64,000 bases of DNA from a virus: positions 1 to 64,000 of IMG/VR virus record IMGVR_UViG_3300017917_000616; one strand, given 5' to 3'. Below are positions 1 through 8,578 of the stretch, piece after piece (the stretch's first letter is position 1; each line of letters opens with the position of its first letter). Made by a program: the position numbers and the translations under genes. The notes under the pieces were generated by a model that worked only from the letters and a program-made list of their open reading frames with translations, was not told the DNA's origin and did not search any database.

Positions 1-129
1 AGGGAATCCTGTACGCAAATCAAAGCGAATATGACGGCCAAAAACACTATAGGTGCCAACACCAGTTCTATCATCTTTCTTTTCCCCGTTATCTAAAATA
101 TCTTGTAGTAAATCGTGATACTGTTTCAT
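1..129 (-). CDS. thyA: Thymidylate synthase, N-terminal part (continues off the left edge)
   Basis: Hand translation from ATG at 129 gives [43 protein letters not shown], with the ThyA DRTGxGT motif. ATGA overlap with the dfr stop. Confidence 0.95.
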   Translation of the reverse strand, partial: MKQYHDLLQDILDNGEKKDDRTGVGTYSVFGRHIRFDLRTGFP

Positions 130-569
130 TTTCTTTTCCAAACTTCATATGTGTGGTCTTCAAATTCATCTACAAACCAGCACTTAAACTCTTGTTCTAA
201 TTTTACTAAATCAATAAAGGTATCACAAGTATATTCGGCAATTGTCCTTGTCAAATGTATTTCGTCAATAAATTGCCAATAACTTTCTACCATTTTGGCT
301 CCACCGATTAGCCAAACTTCTCTCTCTTTAGCTATCATATCATCATCTGGGTTTGTGATACCATCGATGGGTCTAGATGTTTTTATCCAATTAGTTCTAT
401 TTGGAAGTGGTTTCTTAGGTAGACTATCATATGTATTGCGACCCATCAATACAATTTTACCTGTAGTAAGTTCCTTGAATCTTGGCAAATCGCCCTCGAT
501 TTTACTCCAGGGCAACTTACCTTGATAGCCTATTCCACCTTTCGGGTCACATGCTATAATTAATTTCAT
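126..569 (-). CDS. dfr: Dihydrofolate reductase
   Basis: IIACD..GGIG..GKLPW...[31 protein letters not shown] and CDTF motifs; adjacent to thyA. Confidence 0.95.
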   Translation of the reverse strand: MKLIIACDPKGGIGYQGKLPWSKIEGDLPRFKELTTGKIVLMGRNTYDSLPKKPLPNRTNWIKTSRPIDGITNPDDDMIAKEREVWLIGGAKMVESYWQFIDEIHLTRTIAEYTCDTFIDLVKLEQEFKCWFVDEFEDHTYEVWKRK

Positions 570-862
570 AGTTTATTTAATAAACGATCGGTTTCAGGTT
601 GTACAGTTTCTGCGATGCTTTCCACATTGAGAACGAATTCAAAACTAGTTATCAATGGATCCAGTTCATTTAATTTACGTGTTACCACTTCTTCAATTTC
701 TTCTGGATCTAATCCTTGTTTAAGCAAAGTCTGAATATTAATAGTATGTTGTTTTTTACCTACCATCTTTACTACAATTTTTTTAATAAATTGAACTGGG
801 ACTTTGCTTTTTTCAACATCTTCTAAGATGTGTTCCCACTTGCGAATATATTCAGGTGTCAT
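566..862 (-). CDS. Hypothetical phage protein (98 aa)
   Basis: Intact ORF with ATGA overlap to dfr and an ATAAATA motif 4 nt upstream of the ATG. Confidence 0.75.
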   Translation of the reverse strand: MTPEYIRKWEHILEDVEKSKVPVQFIKKIVVKMVGKKQHTINIQTLLKQGLDPEEIEEVVTRKLNELDPLITSFEFVLNVESIAETVQPETDRLLNKL

Positions 863-872
863 CTTTTATTTA

Positions 873-1559
873 TTATGCTACTGCTTTTGCCTTTGACTTG
901 GCACCTGCTGGTCTGCCTCGACCACGCTTAACTGTTTCTGGTGTTGCTACTGTTTCTAAAGGAATACCCTCCATTTGAGCAGCCTCTTTCATCAATCTAG
1001 CAGCCTCAGCCAATAATCCTTTTGCTTCGGCATCCATCTTAGCAGCCTGTTGACGTAAATTATTTGCTAACTGACTATCGCCCAAAATACCTTGCGCTTG
1101 TGGTACGGGAGGTGTAACTGCGTCACGCATTCTACGTGCTACATCAGCAGGACTCTGCATTCCTCGACTAGCATCCATTTCAGCTAATCTCTTTACAGCC
1201 TGTTCACCTTGTTCCATTTCATCTAAAATCTTGTTTAGTTCTTCCAACTTGATTTTTGTAGATGAATTTGGTGTGACCACTACTTGGCTAGTCTGAACCT
1301 TCTTCAACAAGCCTTCAGCGTGTAAAACTTGTAGAATGATTTTTCCGTCTTTAGTATATGAACGGTTGAGGGCATCAGCTAGATTTTGGCTACTTTGTCC
1401 GATATCACTTTCAATACACTTCATCATTGGATCATGGATGTGAGCATTCAGTGTTTCAGTATAAGTAACCAGACACATGTGGCTTTCGCCGGGAATTTCT
1501 CTAAAGATGATAGCAACTTTTCTATCACCGATTTTACCTACGTGTCTTAAAAAACTCAT
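873..1559 (-). CDS. Hypothetical protein with coiled coil and C-terminal AT-hook-like KRGRGRP motif
   Basis: 228-aa ORF with AGGAG SD and a basic tail KRGRGRPAGAKSKAK. Confidence 0.75.
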   Translation of the reverse strand: MSFLRHVGKIGDRKVAIIFREIPGESHMCLVTYTETLNAHIHDPMMKCIESDIGQSSQNLADALNRSYTKDGKIILQVLHAEGLLKKVQTSQVVVTPNSSTKIKLEELNKILDEMEQGEQAVKRLAEMDASRGMQSPADVARRMRDAVTPPVPQAQGILGDSQLANNLRQQAAKMDAEAKGLLAEAARLMKEAAQMEGIPLETVATPETVKRGRGRPAGAKSKAKAVA

Positions 1560-1610
1560 ATTATTTCTCCTTAAGGGTATAGTTATTTAATACGAGTTTT
1601 TATCATCAAT

Positions 1611-1865
1611 TTATTTTGCGCCTGACCATCGTAGCTCAAATAACATTACGTCTTTGCTTTCTTCAAAGTAAACGTATTTTTGATTATCCAAAATCAATAA
1701 AACATTAAAGTCAGTAGCGGTGTCAATGGCATATCTACCTGATATTTTACTTCTTACCCAAAATAAACTTTCAGGTGACAACGGTGTGTTGCTCTTAATA
1801 AAGTGTGGCGGCACGAATTTTAATTCACGATCCAAATACCATATTAGAGGGTTTAACTCAGTCAT
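1611..1865 (-). CDS. Hypothetical phage protein (84 aa)
   Basis: Intact ORF with a C-terminal FEESKDVMLFELRW motif of a kind common in small phage proteins; ATGA-coupled. Confidence 0.7.
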   Translation of the reverse strand: MTELNPLIWYLDRELKFVPPHFIKSNTPLSPESLFWVRSKISGRYAIDTATDFNVLLILDNQKYVYFEESKDVMLFELRWSGAK

Positions 1866-2269
1866 CGTGTAAGGTTGTCCAATACTTTATATCTTTGATA
1901 TGCTTCTATTACAGCAGGATTGCTATTATTGTTGGTGGGAACTACTTCTAGCCAAAGTTCATTACCATGTTCAAACCTGTGCTGTCCTGTGTATCCAGTG
2001 AAAGTTCGTGGCTGATGAATCTTACCATTACTCCAAAGTCGTTGAGCCAACGCCATTACATCATCTAATGGATAGTCGCCCAATTCATATCGCTCTCGGT
2101 TACGAGCATAAGGATTACCTGAATGGTGATATGCTCTTACTACCTCTTGGAATCGCTCGATTGTGGGAGCATCAGTGCGAGTAATGATAAGCATAACCTC
2201 ATCCTCGGACACTTCGCCTGCCATGATAGAACGCAAGCAACCGCCTAGACTTGTACCGATGTAGTTCAT
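1862..2269 (-). CDS. Hypothetical phage protein (135 aa)
   Basis: Intact ORF, translationally coupled on both sides. Confidence 0.7.
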   Translation of the reverse strand: MNYIGTSLGGCLRSIMAGEVSEDEVMLIITRTDAPTIERFQEVVRAYHHSGNPYARNRERYELGDYPLDDVMALAQRLWSNGKIHQPRTFTGYTGQHRFEHGNELWLEVVPTNNNSNPAVIEAYQRYKVLDNLTR

Positions 2270-2493
2270 TTGTTATCCTTAACCAATTGATAAATCATTT
2301 CTGCTTTTTCTATCGCATCACGCAATGCTGGATGTTGGTCGGATATCTTTAAGATATCCTCCCATTCATACCATCTGGTCTTCCAGTGCCTGGGATACTG
2401 TGACCAATATAATTCTCTTTCTTGTTTGCCCATATCTCGGCTGTAAACCGTTTTACCTCCGTCAGGGCTTTCAAAGATTTTAGTCATCATCAT
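2266..2493 (-). CDS. Hypothetical phage protein (IFESPDGGKTVY type)
   Basis: Intact 75-aa ORF coupled to its neighbours. Confidence 0.7.
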   Translation of the reverse strand: MMMTKIFESPDGGKTVYSRDMGKQERELYWSQYPRHWKTRWYEWEDILKISDQHPALRDAIEKAEMIYQLVKDNK

Positions 2494-2581
2494 CGTCCTG
2501 CACTCTATTTAGAATACTATATAGACCGTACAGGACAGCAAGAACGAGTAAAATACCTACGAAAAAAATTACATAACTCAT
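2480..2581 (-). CDS. Small single-TM membrane protein (33 aa, MSYVIFFVGILLVLAVLYGLYSILNRVQDDDDD)
   Basis: ATG at 2581 immediately after the vWA gene stop; fills the gap; hydrophobic helix followed by an acidic tail. Confidence 0.6.
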   Translation of the reverse strand: MSYVIFFVGILLVLAVLYGLYSILNRVQDDDDD

Positions 2582-2582
2582 A

Positions 2583-3857
2583 TTAATCCTTATAGAGTGC
2601 GAATTGACCGAACGGGGGATTCGGATCGGGGTCACCATGAATGATCCAAGTAGTATCACAATAGTCAGGGTCACCCCAAGAGCCGCAAGGATAACCATCA
2701 GTGAATACAATCAGTCGCTTGGGTACATTACCTTCACGCTTGAGGTATTCAAAGATAGCATCAAAGTCAGTGCCACCGCCACCTGCAGGTTCGTACTGGT
2801 CGATAGTATCCATGTTCTCGCTAGTAAAGTCAGCGGGGTTATAGATATCGGTATCGAAACAGAAGATATGAACCTTGTAACCATCGAATGCTTCCATCAT
2901 ACCACCAACTTCGCCCAAGAATGCTTGTGCTTGTTTGTTAGAGATAGAACCAGACATGTCAATGGCAACGACAACATCAATCTCCTCACCCGGAGTCATA
3001 CCAGGCATGATAGCATCCATGTGCCAAGACCTACGAGAGGGTCGCATCCAAGAATAATCAGTGCGAATAGCACTGGTCAAGTTAGTCTGAATCAGTTCAC
3101 GCCAGGGCATGACAGGATCGGTAACTTGTTTGACAAGTCGCTCGACACCTTTAGGCAGACTACCTGCTTCGGCACTTTGTGCGGCATTGATAATCGCTTG
3201 CTTGATTTCTTGGCGAACCCGATCACGCTCCTCTTGTGACATTTTAGGACGCTTACCTTTACCTTCTTGGTCACCGTCACCGTCACCTTCATTATCTTCG
3301 CCATCTTCCATATGGTCGTCAAGCATTTTATCGATTAGGTCTTCGATAGAAATTTTCTGAACATTTTTCATCAGGTCATCATAGATTTCCTCACTAGACT
3401 TGTGTTCATACTTTTGTTCATACAGACAATCAACAGTGGTAATAAACTGACCAACCTTATGACGTTTCAGGTCAGCATTAACAGCATAATCGTTTGCGAT
3501 GTTCCAGATTTGAGGATCACGATGATTACGGCGACCAATGTGGTCATATACCACGTGAAGGACTTCGTGACCTACAAGAAACTCAACCTCTTTAGGTTTG
3601 AGCATCATAATGAAACGGGAGTTGTAGTAGAATTTCAAGCCGTCGGTTGCGGCAGTACTACACCATTCATCAGCATTGATAAGTTTGAGGCGAGTTGCGA
3701 GGTTGCCGAAAAAGCTATGACGCAACAGCAAACCAATACGTGCCGAAACCAGTCGCTCACGTGCCTGAGCATCAATCTTAGGATCCATAGGACCTACAAG
3801 ATTTTCAAATTTTTTACTACGCTTACGCTTTTTAGTGGGGTTAATAACTTCACTCAT
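2583..3857 (-). CDS. DUF2201-type metallopeptidase (HExxH) plus vWA domain protein; MoxR partner
   Basis: TAATDG, HEVLH, WNIANDYAVN, MIDAS DMSGS, GGGGTDF and FTDGY motifs. Confidence 0.9.
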   Translation of the reverse strand: MSEVINPTKKRKRSKKFENLVGPMDPKIDAQARERLVSARIGLLLRHSFFGNLATRLKLINADEWCSTAATDGLKFYYNSRFIMMLKPKEVEFLVGHEVLHVVYDHIGRRNHRDPQIWNIANDYAVNADLKRHKVGQFITTVDCLYEQKYEHKSSEEIYDDLMKNVQKISIEDLIDKMLDDHMEDGEDNEGDGDGDQEGKGKRPKMSQEERDRVRQEIKQAIINAAQSAEAGSLPKGVERLVKQVTDPVMPWRELIQTNLTSAIRTDYSWMRPSRRSWHMDAIMPGMTPGEEIDVVVAIDMSGSISNKQAQAFLGEVGGMMEAFDGYKVHIFCFDTDIYNPADFTSENMDTIDQYEPAGGGGTDFDAIFEYLKREGNVPKRLIVFTDGYPCGSWGDPDYCDTTWIIHGDPDPNPPFGQFALYKD

Positions 3858-3880
3858 GCGAGACTCCTATCTATGTATGT

Positions 3881-3909
3881 ATTATATTTGAAAACTGATT
3901 TATTGTCAA
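3881..3909 (-). promoter_or_regulatory. Perfect sigma70 promoter TTGACA-N17-TATAAT for the vWA gene
   Basis: -35 at 3909-3904, -10 at 3886-3881. Confidence 0.85.
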
Positions 3910-3914
3910 GAAAT

Positions 3915-3947
3915 AAAAAAGGGTGAGTATAGATTATACACTCACCC
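3915..3947 (-). terminator. Rho-independent terminator after the MoxR gene
   Basis: GGGTGAG...CTCACCC stem followed by TTTTTT on the minus strand. Confidence 0.7.
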
Positions 3948-3975
3948 AAAAGCATTTTCATGCTAGGAGCTTTGT

Positions 3976-5079
3976 TTAGGAACCAGCCTCAACAATGTAC
4001 TTACCGTACTTCTTATGGAACTCGTCAAAATTCTTGAGTTGACTGGGTTCGATAGGAAGCTCATAAGTTTTAAGAGCAATCTTAGCACCCATAACAACCA
4101 ACTCAGTTTCAAAGTTGTTCATCATGTAATCAAAGAAGTTTTGAGCCATTTCATGGAACTTCTTGTTATCAACCTTTTTGTTCTGTACCGAATCTTTCAA
4201 TTCGTAGCACATAGCAATAGTCAATGCGTACATAGCACTAACTTCCTTAACAGCAAGGTCCTTGACCTTGCCAGAAAGAATGTCAGTAGGCTCGGGCATC
4301 TTACCAGAAATTTTACGGTGTGCCGCAAACTTGACAGCAAGACCTTCACCAACAGCACCTGCTACAAGGTTGAATTGCGTATCTTGATCCATATTGGATT
4401 CGTCATTGAGCAGGTCGCTAACGAAACACCAAGAACGAGGGGTAGCAAACGCACGGGAACTAGACTTAGAATCAAAGTCATACAGATCCTGTTTAGCGAA
4501 AGACAGATAACCAACCACGTCCTTATGAATACCTTTGTTCACAGCCCATTGTTGCCAAGCAGTGAAATCAGGGCGCATTTCAAGGTGAATGAATCGGTTA
4601 GCGAGGGGCATCGGCATGCGATAAGTCACACCTTTGTCACTATCACGGTTACCTGCCGCAACGATAACAACATTGTCGGGGAGTTTATACTTACCAACTC
4701 GACGGTTCAGAATCAGTTGATAACCTGCGGCTTGAACAGCAGGGGGAGCGGAGTTCATTTCATCAAGGAAAAGAACAACAACGGGATACTGGCTAGCAGT
4801 TTCTTCATCGGGCAAGTCAACAGGGGGTGCCCAATCCATCTTACCGTTATCTTTGTTGAAGTACGGAATACCACGAATATCAGTGGGTTCCATCTGAGCC
4901 ATACGAAGGTCAATCATAAGACCACCGAGTTCCTCAGTAATTTCGGCTACGACCTCAGACTTGCCGATGCCGGGAGGGCCCCACAAGAAAACGGGACGCT
5001 TAGTTTTAAACGCAGTCAGAATAGACTTGCGGGCTTGAACACTAGTAATAGTGTGATTGTCAGAGACTTGCGATGCCAT
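3976..5079 (-). CDS. MoxR-like AAA+ ATPase
   Basis: Walker A GPPGIGKS, Walker B LFLDE, AAGN, and arginine finger LANRF. Confidence 0.92.
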   Translation of the reverse strand: MASQVSDNHTITSVQARKSILTAFKTKRPVFLWGPPGIGKSEVVAEITEELGGLMIDLRMAQMEPTDIRGIPYFNKDNGKMDWAPPVDLPDEETASQYPVVVLFLDEMNSAPPAVQAAGYQLILNRRVGKYKLPDNVVIVAAGNRDSDKGVTYRMPMPLANRFIHLEMRPDFTAWQQWAVNKGIHKDVVGYLSFAKQDLYDFDSKSSSRAFATPRSWCFVSDLLNDESNMDQDTQFNLVAGAVGEGLAVKFAAHRKISGKMPEPTDILSGKVKDLAVKEVSAMYALTIAMCYELKDSVQNKKVDNKKFHEMAQNFFDYMMNNFETELVVMGAKIALKTYELPIEPSQLKNFDEFHKKYGKYIVEAGS

Positions 5080-5122
5080 TGTTTGCTCCTATTAAAGATG
5101 GCTAATTTATGAAAGAAACTTG

Positions 5123-5151
5123 ATTGTACTTGAAACTGGAATTATTGTCAA
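5123..5151 (-). promoter_or_regulatory. sigma70 promoter TTGACA-N17-TACAAT for the MoxR gene
   Basis: -35 at 5151-5146, -10 at 5128-5123. Confidence 0.8.
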
Positions 5152-5156
5152 GATTT

Positions 5157-5567
5157 TTAATCCTCAAACGCACGGCGAAGGATAAGTTCTTGTTTAGAAA
5201 ATGCTTCGATTTCCCAGGGCATACTTAAGTATTCAGTTTTTTTGCTGTAACGCTTGCCCGCCCAAATATAGGATCCCGTTTTACGATGTTTAAGTTGACC
5301 TTTAGCCAATTGCTTGACATGAACCATTTCATGGGCAAGAGTTAGCCCAATTTCTTTAAGATTTCGGCGAGGCCTAATTACAACAACATACCCAAACGCT
5401 TCACCCAAATTGACTGTGACACCGTCATTTTTTTCACCGCATTCATCGGCAACCCTAATGAGTAATACTTTTTTACTCTTTTCGAGTTTAAGTTGCTTAA
5501 TCATAGAGGGCAAAAGCGCCTCAATGAATTTTTTGTTGCGTTTTCCGGCTTCAATTTTGAATTCCAT
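5157..5567 (-). CDS. Small zincin-like metallopeptidase
   Basis: TLAHEMVHVKQ and PWEIEA motifs. Confidence 0.8.
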   Translation of the reverse strand: MEFKIEAGKRNKKFIEALLPSMIKQLKLEKSKKVLLIRVADECGEKNDGVTVNLGEAFGYVVVIRPRRNLKEIGLTLAHEMVHVKQLAKGQLKHRKTGSYIWAGKRYSKKTEYLSMPWEIEAFSKQELILRRAFED

Positions 5568-5573
5568 AATGTA

Positions 5574-5602
5574 AGTATAGCAAAGTTCCGATTTTTTGTC
5601 AA
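5574..5602 (-). promoter_or_regulatory. sigma70 promoter TTGACA-N17-TATACT; ATG lies 6 nt after -10 (leaderless)
   Basis: -35 at 5602-5597, -10 at 5579-5574, ATG at 5567. Confidence 0.8.
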
Positions 5603-5636
5603 ATTTTTCTGCTAAATAGTTTATAAAGGAAGAATT

Positions 5637-6401
5637 ATGACTTGGCCAGTATCACCTGTTAATGGACAACAACTAACTGTTAATGGACAAACCTTTGTGT
5701 ATGACAGCGCACTAGGAGTATGGAATCGTTTGTTTGCTACTACTCTTACAAACGTAGCTGTTTCAGGTAGTAACACTCAGGTTCAATTTAATGATGGCAA
5801 TTCATCATTCGGAGCCAGTACCACATTTACATTTAATAAAAATGCTAATACCTTAACGCTTCAGGGTAATGCGAACATAACCAACTTATTAGGAAATGTT
5901 ATTAGTACAACAGTTACAAGTGACAACGCTAACATTGGAAACATAACTGGTGTGATTACTGTAGCGTCATCTTCTCAACCAAATATTACAAGTGTTGGCA
6001 CATTAACTGGATTGAATATAAGTGGTTACACTACCTTTTTCACATCACAAGATACTTTCAGTACTATAACCGGTGCTACAGGAACAGTTACACACAATAC
6101 ACTTAATGGGGCAATATTTTATCACACAACTCCTGCTGCCAATTTTACCCCAAATTTTACAAACGTACCGACAGCAAATAATTATGCGACTGTTGTAACA
6201 TTGTTCATTAACCAAGGCGCTACTGCTTATATGCCTACTTCTACCGCTAACGTTCAAGTGAATAGTGTCAACGTTACTGTAAAATGGTTAGGTCAAACTG
6301 CGCCATCCGGAACAGCATCAGGTGTTGACATGATAACTTATTCTATAATTAGGGCTGCTGATGCTTGGACAGTATTGGGTCAAGGTGGAGGATTCAGTTA
6401 A
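5637..6401 (+). CDS. Tail-fibre-like virion protein
   Basis: N-terminal WP.SPVNGQ..TVNG.TFVYD...VW motif, GSNTQVQFND and QPNITSVGTL fibre motifs, C-terminal beta-sandwich-like domain. Confidence 0.7.
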   Translation: MTWPVSPVNGQQLTVNGQTFVYDSALGVWNRLFATTLTNVAVSGSNTQVQFNDGNSSFGASTTFTFNKNANTLTLQGNANITNLLGNVISTTVTSDNANIGNITGVITVASSSQPNITSVGTLTGLNISGYTTFFTSQDTFSTITGATGTVTHNTLNGAIFYHTTPAANFTPNFTNVPTANNYATVVTLFINQGATAYMPTSTANVQVNSVNVTVKWLGQTAPSGTASGVDMITYSIIRAADAWTVLGQGGGFS

Positions 6402-6946
6402 TGCCTAAATTTGCATCGACTCCTACTTTTTCATTTTATGCTGTATTAAATAAAAGTCAAGATGGTCCTACCGAATATAACGGTGCTACTATGGTTTTCC
6501 TGCAGGACACCGCTCCAGTTGGTTGGACAAAAGACACATCAAATGACGACTACACCCTGCGTGTAGTTTCTGGAGCAGCATCCTCAGGAGGTAGTCAAGG
6601 ATTTACTACGGTATTTACGGATCAACCTACCAGCGGGACGATTCCGGCTGGGGTCGGCTTTTCTGTAGGTTTTACTACATTATCATCCTTGGATTTACCT
6701 GTTCACTCACATCCCGGTTCGGGATATACGATTTCATCTATTTCTCTTTCAGTGGGATCCGGATTTAGTGCTAGAACTCCACAATCAACCACAAATACAG
6801 GTAACGCCGGGCAACCGGCAGCGGCTGGCGGCGGAAATCACACACATACTCAGCCTATATCTTCGGTCGCAGATACGTTCAGCGGAAATCCTATAAATAT
6901 GTCTATTAGATATGTAGACGCCATTTTAGCAACATACCCAACATGA
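6401..6946 (+). CDS. Fibre-tip/collar-like protein, paralogue 1
   Basis: Start reassigned to ATG 6401 (TAATG overlap, GGAGG SD). Motifs FxQxxAPxGWTK, HSHP, HTH, YVDAI. Confidence 0.7.
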   Translation: MPKFASTPTFSFYAVLNKSQDGPTEYNGATMVFLQDTAPVGWTKDTSNDDYTLRVVSGAASSGGSQGFTTVFTDQPTSGTIPAGVGFSVGFTTLSSLDLPVHSHPGSGYTISSISLSVGSGFSARTPQSTTNTGNAGQPAAAGGGNHTHTQPISSVADTFSGNPINMSIRYVDAILATYPT

Positions 6947-7422
6947 GTTCAATAAATTCCGGATCAGTAACAATCTTTAGACAAACTTCAGCACAGCCTG
7001 GTTGGACAAAACTTACCACAGTAAATGATTATATGTTAAGAATAGTTAACGGAGCAAATAATACAGTTGCTGCCCAAGCCTTTAGTACCGTGTTTTCTAG
7101 TCAAGGTATTACTGGAAATATTACTGTGTCCGGGACTGTAAGTGCTACTACTATTTCGACTCCGCAAATGGCTCCTCACAACCACCCAGATGCCATTACT
7201 GCTACATTAAACTCGCCGACTAGATTTCCTAACGTAACGACGCCAACATTCGGTGTTATTAATGCATCTACTGCGAGTTTAAATTTGAGCGGTACAGGGC
7301 CAGCCGGAGGCGGGAGTTCTCATACTCATCCATTGACTAATTCCACTGCGCCTATAACCACATCAACTTTAAATTTTAATGTGCGATATGTAGATGTAAT
7401 TTTAGCAAGAAGAAATTATTAA
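6943..7422 (+). CDS. Fibre-tip/collar-like protein, paralogue 2
   Basis: FRQTSAQPGWTK, HNHP, HTHP, YVDVI. Confidence 0.7.
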   Translation: MSSINSGSVTIFRQTSAQPGWTKLTTVNDYMLRIVNGANNTVAAQAFSTVFSSQGITGNITVSGTVSATTISTPQMAPHNHPDAITATLNSPTRFPNVTTPTFGVINASTASLNLSGTGPAGGGSSHTHPLTNSTAPITTSTLNFNVRYVDVILARRNY

Positions 7423-7423
7423 A

Positions 7424-7930
7424 ATGGGAACTAAATATTTTCCAACTGGTACAACAACTATTTTTAGACAAACCGTAGCACCTATAGGTTGGACAAAAGT
7501 TACAACCTATAATAACTATGCCCTTAGGATAGTAGGTAGTGGCAGTTTTAGTCCAACTGGTGGAGGATCATTAAACTTTACATCAGTAATGACTAATCAA
7601 TCTATAACCGGAACAGTAAGTCTTAGTACAAGTCCGGGTGGTTATCCGGTGGCAATAAACTCATCGGCGGTTAATGCTCCTTTGCCTGTACATGCCCACC
7701 CGGGTGTCGCTAGATTTTTTAATACCATCGCCCCTATGGGACCAGCAGTTCCTATAGTACCGCAAGGTGGATTTGCTTTTACTGATTCTCCGCAATTAAC
7801 TGGTACATCCGGTAACGTGGGTGGCACTGATGGACATTCCCATACGCTCACATGTTCTGCCAGTTATACCGGAGACACGAAAAACTTTTCTGTAAATTAT
7901 GTGGATGTAATCATAGCATCTATAAATTAA
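7424..7930 (+). CDS. Fibre-tip/collar-like protein, paralogue 3
   Basis: FRQTVAPIGWTK, HAHP, HSH, YVDVI. Confidence 0.7.
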   Translation: MGTKYFPTGTTTIFRQTVAPIGWTKVTTYNNYALRIVGSGSFSPTGGGSLNFTSVMTNQSITGTVSLSTSPGGYPVAINSSAVNAPLPVHAHPGVARFFNTIAPMGPAVPIVPQGGFAFTDSPQLTGTSGNVGGTDGHSHTLTCSASYTGDTKNFSVNYVDVIIASIN

Positions 7931-7984
7931 TTTCAATCCAACAAAATTAGATTAAATAATTTTGTCAGTAGTATAAGGGAAAGT

Positions 7985-8323
7985 ATGGAACTTAAGCGAG
8001 AAAACTATTGCCCTCTTCTGAAGAAAGAATGCGTAGGGCTAAAATGCTCATGGTTTATAAAAGTAGAAGGCTATGACATGAATACTGGTAAAAGAGTAGA
8101 TGATTGGAATTGTGCTATTTCATGGTTGCCTATGTTACTAATCGAGAATTCGGGTCAACAACGTCAGACTGGTGCCGCCGTTGAGAGTTTTAGAAACGAA
8201 ATGGTCAAGTCTAATGAAGCCGCAAGGGAACTTTTAATAGCAACTGTACAGGGTCAATTGCCCAATATTGTACAAGGTGAATCAAAATTGATTAATTTAG
8301 AGGATAAAGATGGTAACAACTAA
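7985..8323 (+). CDS. Cys-rich fibre-associated hypothetical protein
   Basis: CPLLKKEC..LKC.WF...WNCA and GAAVESFRNEMV motifs. Confidence 0.7.
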   Translation: MELKRENYCPLLKKECVGLKCSWFIKVEGYDMNTGKRVDDWNCAISWLPMLLIENSGQQRQTGAAVESFRNEMVKSNEAARELLIATVQGQLPNIVQGESKLINLEDKDGNN

Positions 8324-8567
8324 CCGAGTAACAATAATCGTAGACGATAACGCTGTTTATACTGATACCTTGGTATATCTAAATTTAGATTTGTCAGAGT
8401 GTGGTATTCCTCAAGGGGTTCACGCATTACAATTTAAAGATGGGACCGGTGAAATTGAATGGAAAGGTCCTATCGAAAATACTGTTATCAACGAGCTTCC
8501 TGAATGGGCTCTACGTTGTTTAGAAAAATGGGAAGAGGCTGACAATAAACCAAAACCAATTTTTTAA
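8310..8567 (+). CDS. Hypothetical protein, possible fibre assembly factor
   Basis: 85-aa ORF with GAGG SD; P..VHALQF...GEIEW motif. Confidence 0.6.
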   Translation: MVTTNRVTIIVDDNAVYTDTLVYLNLDLSECGIPQGVHALQFKDGTGEIEWKGPIENTVINELPEWALRCLEKWEEADNKPKPIF

Positions 8568-8578
8568 TCTAACCAAAC

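Noticed and set aside
4015-5112. 365-aa plus-strand ORF antisense to the MoxR gene (also 2604-3239 and 3402-3926)
   Set aside because: These mirror well-supported minus-strand genes, have no motifs or SD, and are explained by codon bias on the sense strand.
6401-7930. Diversity-generating retroelement or invertible shufflon among the fibre-tip paralogues
   Set aside because: No reverse transcriptase or recombinase is in the window, and I saw no near-identical TR/VR pair or inverted crossover sites. The copies are diverged throughout.
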